Shown piece after piece: positions 1 through 8,852 of a stretch of DNA of 64,000 bases. The notes beneath the pieces are model-generated. The model searched no databases. It was not told the origin of the DNA and was given only the letters and a program-made list of their open reading frames with translations. The position numbers and the translations under genes were made by a program. Position 1 is the first letter of the stretch, and the number at the start of each line of letters is the position of its first letter. The stretch is from positions 2,115-66,114 of the forward strand of contig JACQCF010000024.1 in the NCBI GenBank assembly GCA_016201795.1, in the 5' to 3' direction. Origin of the DNA: Candidatus Omnitrophota bacterium. GTDB lineage: Bacteria > Omnitrophota > Gorgyraeia > Zapsychrales > Fredricksoniimonadaceae.

Positions 1-2
1 CT

Positions 3-638
3 TACTACCTACTTGCGTCTATTATTTGTTTGTTAAGAACTATGAGGACTACTCTAAGATCAGAAGCATTTTTAACAGGAATTTTTTTAGGATTATTAGG
101 TTTCTCCAAAGACCATGGTATTTTATTGGCATTTTTATTGCTGATGCTATTTCTGATATATCTTATCAATAATCGTCTTTTTTTTCGTTTAGGGTCATTT
201 TTATTTTTAGGTATTTTAGTGGCGATGCCTTCAGTGGTCTTTGTAAAAATATTGATGTCTTCTAATAAACATGACCTTGTTTATAAATTTAATCTATTTA
301 ATATTCTCATTCTTAATCGATGGTCTTTTATATTGAAATATGTTTTAAAAGATTTACTTTTTAATTTTTATTGGGGAGGAATTTGGACTATTTTTGTCGT
401 AGCCCTGCTGGCCTATAGAAAATATTTTTTGAGAGAATTTATAATTCCTTTTGTATGTATGATTATTTTTTTAGGACTAATATTATTGGGATATGTTATC
501 AGTCAGTTTGATGTAAATTGGTGTTTATCTACAACTTGGGATCGAATATTATTTCAAGTATCGCCTCTTGCAGTATTTATCATGTTTCATTTATTTCACG
601 CTTTTGATAGTGCAATAAGTATTAGGAAAAGTGAATAA
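3..638 (+). CDS. polytopic membrane protein, C-terminal part (GT-C-like; begins upstream of the window)
   Basis: Frame is open back to the window edge; many hydrophobic segments; glycosylation gene context. Confidence 0.55.
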   Translation, partial: YYLLASIICLLRTMRTTLRSEAFLTGIFLGLLGFSKDHGILLAFLLLMLFLIYLINNRLFFRLGSFLFLGILVAMPSVVFVKILMSSNKHDLVYKFNLFNILILNRWSFILKYVLKDLLFNFYWGGIWTIFVVALLAYRKYFLREFIIPFVCMIIFLGLILLGYVISQFDVNWCLSTTWDRILFQVSPLAVFIMFHLFHAFDSAISIRKSE

Positions 639-695
639 TTTTTTTGGACAGGCTTTTGTATCTTTGATACTCTTGTTATTTTTTATTATTTTTTT

Positions 696-2645
696 ATGTG
701 TCGTCTGATACAACAAGTTCCTTCTATGTTGGATAAATTTTATCAATCCCTTACTGAAGACACCGCTTTAAGGGTTTTATCTTTAAGCGCTGCTATCTAT
801 GCTCTGTTATTTTCTTTGTGGTGTTATCTAAAATATATTAGCTTTGCCTATTATGATTTTGATTTGGCGATTCATGATCAGGTTATTTGGAATATCGGAC
901 GGGGTAGCGCGTATAGCTCTATTTTGGGAATCAATTTTCTTGGCAACCATATTCATTTCATTTCTTTCCTGATTGCTCCTATTTATAAAGTTTTTAATCA
1001 CCCCCTGGCTTTATTATTTTTACAAACCATTGTTTTAGTGTTGGCTGTTTTCCCTCTGTATAAGACAGCAAAAATATTTTTGGGATACCGTTTGGCCTTG
1101 GTTGTGGGCATCATTTATTTGCTCTATCCGGGATTAGGGTATACCAATTTATTTGAATTCCACCCGACAGTATTTGCCACTTTTTTTCTTGCATGGATGT
1201 TTTACTATTTCTATCGATGCGAAACGGGATTGTTTGTCTTGTTTATGCTGTTGTCCATGCTGTGTCAAGAAAATATCGCGTTGATTATTATCGCTTTAGG
1301 AATTTATGGGCTATGCTCAAAAAGAAATAGGCTTTGCGCGTTGATTGCACTAGCATCAGGGTTAGTCTATTTTATCGTTTGTATAAAAATTCTTTTACCT
1401 TATTTCAATCGAGACACCATCCAATTTATAAGGATCTATGGAAAATTAGGAAACTCTTTCACAGAAATTCTTAAAACCATATTTACGCGCCCTTGGGAAG
1501 TATTTCACATTATTGTTCAACCCAAGAAGATACTGTACCTGAAAGATATTTTTTTGCCTTTGTCTTTTGTCCCTTTATTGAGCCCCTTGACTTTACTACC
1601 TTCTTTACCTTTATTGGCTCAACACCTTTTATCCCAACGTGGCAGTGAAATTACTTTATATTATCATTATACGGCGGAATTGATTTCACCGTTATTTTTA
1701 GCTTTTATTGGAGGTATAGCCAGAGCTCGGAATATTGTTTTTTTTAAAAGTAGGGAATGGTTTCTAACCGGAATCCTGTTACTGATGGCTTTAATAAGTA
1801 ATATTATATTAGGTCCTCATTTTGCTTTCTTTAAACAATACAAGACTCTTATACCGGATTATCGAGATGCACAAAAGGTTATGTTGATCAACAAGATTCC
1901 TCAGGACGCCTCTGCCGTTTCCACTTTTGAATTTTTGTCTCATTTATCCCATCGAACCGATTTATATTCTTTTCATCATGTTTATTCAGGATTTTTTACC
2001 TTATCCATGAAGCCGTATCATCTACCAGGTGATGTTCAATATGCTCTGATCGATTTCGATGATTTCCTCACGTTCAGAGGATTTTATGATCTTTATAATT
2101 ATCAGAAAATTGACGAGTTTCTTAAGCAAGGACGATGGGGCGTATTGGATGTGACAGATACCATGGTGTTATTTAAAAAGGGCATCGCAGATCAGCATCC
2201 CTTATTTACTTTTATAGAAGATTTCGTTAAACCTTCACAACAAGTTTCTTTTATTATTGATGACCGATTCCAATGGTACGGTTATGATTTTTATGAACAG
2301 CCGCAACATATTCGTCTTGTTTTCTATTGGAGGCCACTAAAATCAGTAAATAAAGATATTAATATATTCATAGATTTTATGGATCAAGAGGGGGAAGTTG
2401 TTTATAGGCAATACCGTCCTTTGTGTTATAGAATATGGCCGACTCAAGCATGGAAAAAGGCCCAAAATATTCAAGAATATCAATACATATCTATTCCTCC
2501 CCATTTGCAGGGACACATCAAGCGTCTGATGGTTGGTTTTTATGATTACAATACAGGGCAAAGACTTAAAACAACTTCTAAAGATTTTTTAGGCAGAATT
2601 GAGATAGGGCCGATTAACAAGGCGATGGAGGCGTATGTCCAGTAA
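696..2645 (+). CDS. DUF2079-like polytopic membrane protein (putative GT-C glycosyltransferase)
   Basis: DFDLAIHDQ, NFLGNH, FEFHP motifs and multiple TM segments with soluble C-terminal domain; alternative ATG at 726. Confidence 0.7.
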   Translation: MCRLIQQVPSMLDKFYQSLTEDTALRVLSLSAAIYALLFSLWCYLKYISFAYYDFDLAIHDQVIWNIGRGSAYSSILGINFLGNHIHFISFLIAPIYKVFNHPLALLFLQTIVLVLAVFPLYKTAKIFLGYRLALVVGIIYLLYPGLGYTNLFEFHPTVFATFFLAWMFYYFYRCETGLFVLFMLLSMLCQENIALIIIALGIYGLCSKRNRLCALIALASGLVYFIVCIKILLPYFNRDTIQFIRIYGKLGNSFTEILKTIFTRPWEVFHIIVQPKKILYLKDIFLPLSFVPLLSPLTLLPSLPLLAQHLLSQRGSEITLYYHYTAELISPLFLAFIGGIARARNIVFFKSREWFLTGILLLMALISNIILGPHFAFFKQYKTLIPDYRDAQKVMLINKIPQDASAVSTFEFLSHLSHRTDLYSFHHVYSGFFTLSMKPYHLPGDVQYALIDFDDFLTFRGFYDLYNYQKIDEFLKQGRWGVLDVTDTMVLFKKGIADQHPLFTFIEDFVKPSQQVSFIIDDRFQWYGYDFYEQPQHIRLVFYWRPLKSVNKDINIFIDFMDQEGEVVYRQYRPLCYRIWPTQAWKKAQNIQEYQYISIPPHLQGHIKRLMVGFYDYNTGQRLKTTSKDFLGRIEIGPINKAMEAYVQ

Positions 2646-4323
2646 AGTATTATGTAATTTGTGCGGATCGGATCATTACAGCGTTGTTTACGATACGCTG
2701 GTCAAAGGGCAGGAGAATAATTTTAGCGATTCCTATAAAATTACGGATCACTCCGTTAATTTAGCGGTAAAGATAGTTAAGTGCTGTAAATGTGGCTTAG
2801 TTTATATGAACCCCAGGCCCGCTCGCGAGAAAGTCCTCTCTAATTATACTCACATGGTGGATGATTTTTATCTACAAGAGGAAGCTGGTCGGCGGGAATC
2901 TGCGCGTTCTATTTTGAAGTACCTTAGGAAAATAAAAAAAACAGGGCGAATTCTGGATATAGGATGCGCCACCGGCTTTTTATTGGATGAAGCCTGTAAA
3001 CAAGGGTGGGAAGTTTACGGGGTTGAGCTTTCAAGCTGGGCTGTTGATTATGCACACAATAAATTACAGTTGCCTAACATTACTCAGGGGCTATTGAAAG
3101 AGGTAAATTATCCCGATAACTTTTTTGATGTAGTTGTTTTAAAAGATGTCATCGAGCATCTTATAGACCCGAAAGCCACCCTGGAAGAGATAAGGCGTAT
3201 CTTAAAACCTACGGGGATTATTTGTTGCAACACTCCGGATATTGATAGCTTGGTCAGCAAAATATTAGGGGCAAAATGGTGGGGGATTAAACAATCCCAC
3301 TTGTTTTATTTTAACAAGTCTAGCCTGAATAAATTGTTTGAAGTCACGGGTTTTGTTCCGTTGAAAATACGTTCCCATGCCAGGACATTTACTCTGGGCT
3401 ATTGGATCTCTAATTTGCTTTCTTATAGGCCCACATTGAGATTCATTCAATCTTTTTTGGATCAAAGGCCACCTTGGGCCAATAAATTGATCCGTGTTGA
3501 TTTGGGGGATCAGGTGGAAATTTTTGCTCGCAAAAGCCGTCAATTGAAATATTTGCACGAGCTGGAGCGGCCCGAAGAAGGAAATGTTCAAAAGCAGCCC
3601 ATGAAAGTGTGTGTTGTTCTTCCCGCTTATAATGCGGCCAAAACATTGCCGCAGACCCTTAAAGACATCCCACGGGATTTGGTCCATGAAATTATTTTAG
3701 TGGATGATGCCAGCTGTGATAATACCGTTGAGGTGGCACGTCAGCTAGGCTTAAAAGTTTTTGTTCATGAGAAAAATAAAGGGTATGGGGGCAATCAAAA
3801 AACTTGTTATAAGAATGCCTTGGAATCGGGTGCGGATGTAGTGGTCATGCTTCATCCGGATTATCAATATGACCCCACAGCTATTCCTCAACTGATAGAG
3901 CCAATTTTAAAAGGAAAAGCAGATGCCGTTTTCGGTTCCCGGATGATGAAGGGGGGAGCTTTGGAAGGGGGGATGCCTTTATGGAAACATAATGCTAATA
4001 TTTTATTAACAGCTTTGGAGAATGTCGTTTTGGGAATTTATTTGACCGAATACCACTCAGGCTTCAGGGCCTACAGTGCCAAATATTTAAGTCAGGTTAA
4101 TTTTGAGGCTAATTCGGATGGTTTTGTATTTGATACAGAAATTATTGTTCAAGGGGTGGCCCAATATATGCGTTTTGAGGAAACTCCTATCCGAACTAGA
4201 TATTTTGATGAGGCCTCTTCCATTAAACTATGGCCTTCTATCCTATATGGTATGGGGATTTTAAAAACACTGGCGAAGTATTTTCTTCATACCCACGGCA
4301 TTGAGTTTAAACAATTCAAATAA
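2635..4323 (+). CDS. fusion of class I SAM-dependent methyltransferase and GT2 (polyprenol-phosphate sugar synthase-like) glycosyltransferase
   Basis: N-terminal CxxC pairs and LDIGCATG; C-terminal VVLPAYNAA, ILVDDAS, NKGYGG, GFRAY. Confidence 0.85.
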   Translation: MSSKVLCNLCGSDHYSVVYDTLVKGQENNFSDSYKITDHSVNLAVKIVKCCKCGLVYMNPRPAREKVLSNYTHMVDDFYLQEEAGRRESARSILKYLRKIKKTGRILDIGCATGFLLDEACKQGWEVYGVELSSWAVDYAHNKLQLPNITQGLLKEVNYPDNFFDVVVLKDVIEHLIDPKATLEEIRRILKPTGIICCNTPDIDSLVSKILGAKWWGIKQSHLFYFNKSSLNKLFEVTGFVPLKIRSHARTFTLGYWISNLLSYRPTLRFIQSFLDQRPPWANKLIRVDLGDQVEIFARKSRQLKYLHELERPEEGNVQKQPMKVCVVLPAYNAAKTLPQTLKDIPRDLVHEIILVDDASCDNTVEVARQLGLKVFVHEKNKGYGGNQKTCYKNALESGADVVVMLHPDYQYDPTAIPQLIEPILKGKADAVFGSRMMKGGALEGGMPLWKHNANILLTALENVVLGIYLTEYHSGFRAYSAKYLSQVNFEANSDGFVFDTEIIVQGVAQYMRFEETPIRTRYFDEASSIKLWPSILYGMGILKTLAKYFLHTHGIEFKQFK

Positions 4324-4329
4324 TAAAAC

Positions 4330-5535
4330 TTATAAATGCCGCTCAATCATTCCAGTCAGTTTCTCTATTTGAGAGTTGAGCTTACCTGGCTGACGACCAA
4401 AGCAAATTCCTTGCGCTTCATACATGGCCACTTGATGGGTATTTACATAACGCTGTTTAATCGCTTCTTTAGTTTCCATGTAACGGACTTGACCACCGCT
4501 GATACCGGCAACAGTGACGCCGGTGATACCTTGGTTTAAGAGGATAAAAGCGCCGGCGCCGATTTCTTTGCCGAAATTGACGTCATAAGCACTAGAATGT
4601 CCGCAGCGCACCAAATGGCCGGGGGTGACCGCGCGTACCTCGGGGATTTCATTGATACCTTTGACATACATGCCGGTTTTTTTCATTAAATCCGCAATGG
4701 CGCTATCGGCTTTTAAACGTTTGGTCAATTGCTGGCAGACATAATTGCCGGCACCCGCCAAACGCTTATGACCGAAAGCATCCTCCGGCGAATTTTCATC
4801 GACAATGTCGGCGCCGCTGGCATCTTTAATTCCTTCGGCAACAACCATCAAATAAGCGCCCGCGCGTACATCGGAGTTCATGATGCGTTTGAAATAACGC
4901 GTTTTCATGTGTTGATACAGCACATCGAAATCGCAGGGAATTTCGGGGATGATAATGGCATCCGCATCTGCGGCAACTCCGCCGCGAAAGGCCGTATGTC
5001 CCGCATAACGGCCGAAGACTTCCAGGACAAGGATACGGTTATGCGTATAGGCCGTTGTTTTTAAATCTTCCAGGAAAGCGGCAATGCGGTTGATGGTGGA
5101 ATCCGCCCCGACGGAATAAGTTTGCAAATCCAAATCCATCGTTTTAGGTGCGTGCACGCATTTAATGCCGTGTTCGGTTAAATCCACCATGACGCTGCCG
5201 GAATCATCGCCGCCGCTGATGATCAGCCCCTCGAGCTTAAATTTATCCATGCCCTGCTTGATGCGCTGGTATTTATGGGGATCTTCAATTTTTTTAACTT
5301 TGACACGCGAATGACCGGCTTGCGATCCTGCCAGATTAGCATCGATTTTGTCAATATACTCATCGGTTAGTTCCGTGAGTTTATCGAAGTCAATGAGGTT
5401 ATAAAGGCCGGCATAGCCGTGGGGAATAATAAAGCAGCAAGCGCCCATGGAGCGGGCCATCGAAGCTGCTCCTTTGATGACGCCGTTAAGGCCCCCGCAA
5501 TCACCGCCGGAGGTGATAATACCAATGCGTTTCAT
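4330..5535 (-). CDS. pfkA: 6-phosphofructokinase, probably PPi-dependent
   Basis: TSGGDCGGLN, GGDDS and PKTMD motifs, EVFGRYAG. Confidence 0.88.
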   Translation of the reverse strand: MKRIGIITSGGDCGGLNGVIKGAASMARSMGACCFIIPHGYAGLYNLIDFDKLTELTDEYIDKIDANLAGSQAGHSRVKVKKIEDPHKYQRIKQGMDKFKLEGLIISGGDDSGSVMVDLTEHGIKCVHAPKTMDLDLQTYSVGADSTINRIAAFLEDLKTTAYTHNRILVLEVFGRYAGHTAFRGGVAADADAIIIPEIPCDFDVLYQHMKTRYFKRIMNSDVRAGAYLMVVAEGIKDASGADIVDENSPEDAFGHKRLAGAGNYVCQQLTKRLKADSAIADLMKKTGMYVKGINEIPEVRAVTPGHLVRCGHSSAYDVNFGKEIGAGAFILLNQGITGVTVAGISGGQVRYMETKEAIKQRYVNTHQVAMYEAQGICFGRQPGKLNSQIEKLTGMIERHL

Positions 5536-5725
5536 AGAGAACTCCTGGTAACAATAAGGTTTGAAAAGCGCTTAGAAGGTAATAAATTAGCATAAACATA
5601 GGGATAAATCAATCAGGGTGATTTTTTTCATTTCGTTGGCCAGGAAAGAGGTTATAGAATAGACTATATAAATAAAGTGGTTCATTCGAGAGACTGTCTA
5701 TTTATAAATTTAGAAAGGATATTGT

Positions 5726-6595
5726 ATGAAAGGAATTATACTGGCGGGCGGAAAAGCAACTAGACTTTATCCGGTCACCAAGGGGGTGTGCAAACAGCTT
5801 CTTCCAGTGTATGATAAACCACTCATTTATTATCCGTTATCGGTTCTTATGCTGGCGGGTATTCGTGACATTCTTATCATTTCTACTCCTAAAGATATTT
5901 CGAATTTCCAGTATCTTTTTGATCACGGGAGGCAATTGGGTTTACACATTTCATACAGAATCCAACCTGAACCCAAAGGCATAGCACAAGCTTTATTAAT
6001 TGGGGAGGAATTTATTGGCACCGATCAGGTTGCTCTTATTTTGGGAGATAATATCTTCTACGGAGATAAACTTGGCGAAGTGCTGCGGCAGGCCATGACT
6101 TATAAAGATGGCGCCACTATTTTTGGGTATAAAGTCACGGACCCGCAACGCTACGGTGTTATTAGTTTTAATAAACGTGGTCAGCCAGTCGCCATCATTG
6201 AGAAGCCTAGCAATCCGCCCTCAGACTGGGCTGTGACAGGTCTTTATTTTTATGATTGCCGGGCGGTTCACATTGCAAAGAAATTAAAACCGTCGACTCG
6301 TGGGGAGTTAGAAATAACGGATCTCAACCAATATTATCTCAAGGAGAAAAAGTTAAAGGTCAAGTTATTAAGTAGAGGGTTTGCTTGGTTAGACACAGGA
6401 ACTCATGATTCACTCATGGACGCCTCATTATTTATAAAGATTATCGAGGAGAGGCAAGGTTTAAAAATCGGTTGCATTGAAGAGATTGCATTCCGGATGG
6501 GTTTTATCACAAGACAGAATCTTCTCAAACTTTCTTCTTCAGTGAATACCACTTATGGTTTTTATTTGAAAAGGATTGCTGGTTATGAAAAGTAA
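5726..6595 (+). CDS. rfbA: glucose-1-phosphate thymidylyltransferase
   Basis: MKGIILAGGKATRLYP, KQLLPVYDKP, WLDTGT. Confidence 0.97.
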   Translation: MKGIILAGGKATRLYPVTKGVCKQLLPVYDKPLIYYPLSVLMLAGIRDILIISTPKDISNFQYLFDHGRQLGLHISYRIQPEPKGIAQALLIGEEFIGTDQVALILGDNIFYGDKLGEVLRQAMTYKDGATIFGYKVTDPQRYGVISFNKRGQPVAIIEKPSNPPSDWAVTGLYFYDCRAVHIAKKLKPSTRGELEITDLNQYYLKEKKLKVKLLSRGFAWLDTGTHDSLMDASLFIKIIEERQGLKIGCIEEIAFRMGFITRQNLLKLSSSVNTTYGFYLKRIAGYEK

Positions 6596-7406
6596 GATAC
6601 TTATTTTAGGTGGAGGATATATTGGCTCCAGGCTGGTGCAAGAGCTCGGGTGCCCGGTCTCTACTAAAAAAATTTTATGTTATGAAGATATCCTGGCAGA
6701 AGTGAAAAGGTATCAACCACGTGTACTTATTAATTGCGTGGGTCATGTCGGTAGGAATAATGTTGATGATTGCGAACGTGATATGAATAAAAGTTTGTTA
6801 GCCAATACTTTTCTGCCCATTTGGCTTGGCGAGATAGCTTTTAGAAATGTCATCAAGCTGGTGCACATCAGTAGCGGATGTATCTATCATTATAATTATA
6901 AATGGCAGAAGCCAATTGCAGAGGAAGAAACCCCCGATTACTATACATTATTCTATAGTAGAACAAAAATATACGCGGATTCTGTCTTAAACTCGTTGTC
7001 TCAAAGATGCAATATTTTGATCGTTAGAATCAGAGTTCCATTGGATATTTACCCCCATCCACGCAACATTTTAACTAAATTAATTAACTACAAACGAATT
7101 ATTGATGTGCCCAACTCAATTACCTATATACCGCATTTTCTTAAAGCATTGAGATATTTGATTGATAGGGATGCCAGGGGGACTTTCAACGTCGTTTGTA
7201 AAGGTGGACTAAGATACCCTCAACTCCTGGATGTTTATAAGAAGTATTCTCCGGGTTTTGAGTATGAAGTCATTCCTCTGAAAGATTTAAAACTTAACAG
7301 AACCAATCTGATATTATCGACGAAAAAATTAGAAAAAACAGGATTCGAAGTTTCCAAGATCACAGAGGTTTTAGAAGAATGCGTAAAAAAATATATAAAA
7401 TTTTAG
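6585..7406 (+). CDS. RmlD-superfamily NDP-4-keto-6-deoxysugar reductase, NRS/ER (epimerase/reductase)-like
   Basis: GGGYIG, GRNNVDDCE, SSGCIY, FYSRTK, PRNILTKL; lies between rfbA and rfbB. Confidence 0.75.
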   Translation: MKSKILILGGGYIGSRLVQELGCPVSTKKILCYEDILAEVKRYQPRVLINCVGHVGRNNVDDCERDMNKSLLANTFLPIWLGEIAFRNVIKLVHISSGCIYHYNYKWQKPIAEEETPDYYTLFYSRTKIYADSVLNSLSQRCNILIVRIRVPLDIYPHPRNILTKLINYKRIIDVPNSITYIPHFLKALRYLIDRDARGTFNVVCKGGLRYPQLLDVYKKYSPGFEYEVIPLKDLKLNRTNLILSTKKLEKTGFEVSKITEVLEECVKKYIKF

Positions 7407-8401
7407 TTACCGGTGGAGCAGGTTTTATCGGTAGCGAATTTGTACGTCAGGCCGTGAAGCAGGGCCATCAGATGGTAGTGGTGGATAAACTTACCTATGC
7501 GGGGGATTTGGCTAGATTAAAATCAGTTCAAGGAAAATTTGTATTTTATAAAACGGATATCGCTGATTTACAGAAGGTAATGATTATCTTGAAAAAAGAA
7601 CGACCACGGGCTATTGTACATTTCGCCGCCGAGAGTCATGTGGATCGCAGCATTCTTGATGCTTCGGAATTTGTTTATACTAATATTGGAGGGACCCAAC
7701 AGCTCTTGACCGCTAGTCGGGAAATGGGGATAAAAAGGTTTATTCACGTCTCCACCGATGAAGTCTACGGTGAAATCAGCCGGGGTAAGTTTAAGGAACA
7801 TTTTCCTCTTAATCCCAACTCACCTTATTCGGCAAGCAAGGCCTCTGCCGATTTTCTGGTGAAAGCCTATATCCATACCTTTGGGTTTCCAGCCATCATT
7901 GTTAGGCCTTCGAATAATTATGGGCCTTGGCAGTTCCCGGAGAAATTTATTCCGGTTATTATTTACAAAGCTATTAAAAATCAAAAGATTCCGGTTTACG
8001 CCAAAGGCCTTAATGTACGGGAATGGTTACATATTTCTGATTGTGCACGGGCCGTGTTAGCCACCCTTGAGTTGGGGCAAGAGGGTGAAATCTATAACAT
8101 TGGTTCTGCTTTGGAGTGTAAGAATATTACCCTGGTTAAGATGATTCTTAAAATCCTCGCTCGATCTCAACATCTTATTACTTTTGTAAAAGATCGGCCG
8201 GGACATGATTTTCGTTATGCTTTAGATTCTCATAAAATACAAAATAATCTTTTTTGGAAACCTCATGTTGATTTTGAAGAGGGAATTTTTCAAACAGTGC
8301 AATGGTATCAAGAGAACTTTACGTGGCTTGAGAGGAAGGTTAAGTTTTTAGAAAACTACTGGAAGCAGATTTATAAACCAACTCATGAAGGTGAGCGTTA
8401 G
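7379..8401 (+). CDS. rfbB: dTDP-glucose 4,6-dehydratase
   Basis: TGGAGFIGS, AAESHVDRS, STDEVYG, YSASK, DRPGHDFRY. Confidence 0.96.
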   Translation: MRKKIYKILVTGGAGFIGSEFVRQAVKQGHQMVVVDKLTYAGDLARLKSVQGKFVFYKTDIADLQKVMIILKKERPRAIVHFAAESHVDRSILDASEFVYTNIGGTQQLLTASREMGIKRFIHVSTDEVYGEISRGKFKEHFPLNPNSPYSASKASADFLVKAYIHTFGFPAIIVRPSNNYGPWQFPEKFIPVIIYKAIKNQKIPVYAKGLNVREWLHISDCARAVLATLELGQEGEIYNIGSALECKNITLVKMILKILARSQHLITFVKDRPGHDFRYALDSHKIQNNLFWKPHVDFEEGIFQTVQWYQENFTWLERKVKFLENYWKQIYKPTHEGER

Positions 8402-8456
8402 ACAAATCGATTGAAGTTAAAAATGGGCTATGATATATTTGGTTCCTCGATTTATT

Positions 8457-8529
8457 GCTGGCGTAGCTCAGTTGGTAGAGCAGCTGATTTGTAATCAGCA
8501 GGTCGGGGGTTCAAAGCCTCTCGCCAGCT
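8457..8529 (+). tRNA. tRNA-Thr(TGT)
   Basis: Cloverleaf, anticodon arm GCTGA-TTTGTAA-TCAGC, GGTTCAA T-loop. Confidence 0.95.
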
Positions 8530-8555
8530 CATTTTTGTTGATTTTTTAAGTTTTC

Positions 8556-8638
8556 GGGCAGTTACCCAAGTGGTCAAAGGGGGCAGACTGTAAATCTGCT
8601 GCGCTTGCGCTTCGGAGGTTCGAATCCTTCACTGCCCA
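8556..8638 (+). tRNA. tRNA-Tyr(GTA)
   Basis: GCAGA-CTGTAAA-TCTGC anticodon arm, long variable arm, GGTTCGAATCC. Confidence 0.95.
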
Positions 8639-8652
8639 TTGCATTGTTTACT

Positions 8653-8764
8653 GCGGGAGTAGTTCAGTGGTAGAACTCTAGCCTTCTCCCGCCTTTCTGA
8701 GATCATTTTTATTGTAGGCGGGATCCCGCCTACCACAAAAAATAATAGAATGGCGGGACAAGCT
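8653..8764 (+). pseudogene. partial tRNA-Gly duplicate interrupted in the anticodon by a 72-bp palindrome
   Basis: 8653-8686 identical to the first 34 nt of tRNA-Gly at 8771; insert 8687-8758; CAAGCT resumes at 8759. Confidence 0.8.
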
Positions 8765-8770
8765 GTTGAC

Positions 8771-8844
8771 GCGGGAGTAGTTCAGTGGTAGAACTCTAGC
8801 CTTCCAAGCTAGTAGCGACGGTTCGATTCCGTTCTCCCGCTCCA
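8771..8844 (+). tRNA. tRNA-Gly(TCC)
   Basis: CTAGC-CTTCCAA-GCTAG anticodon arm, GGTTCGATTCC, encoded CCA. Confidence 0.95.
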
Positions 8845-8852
8845 AGATTTTT

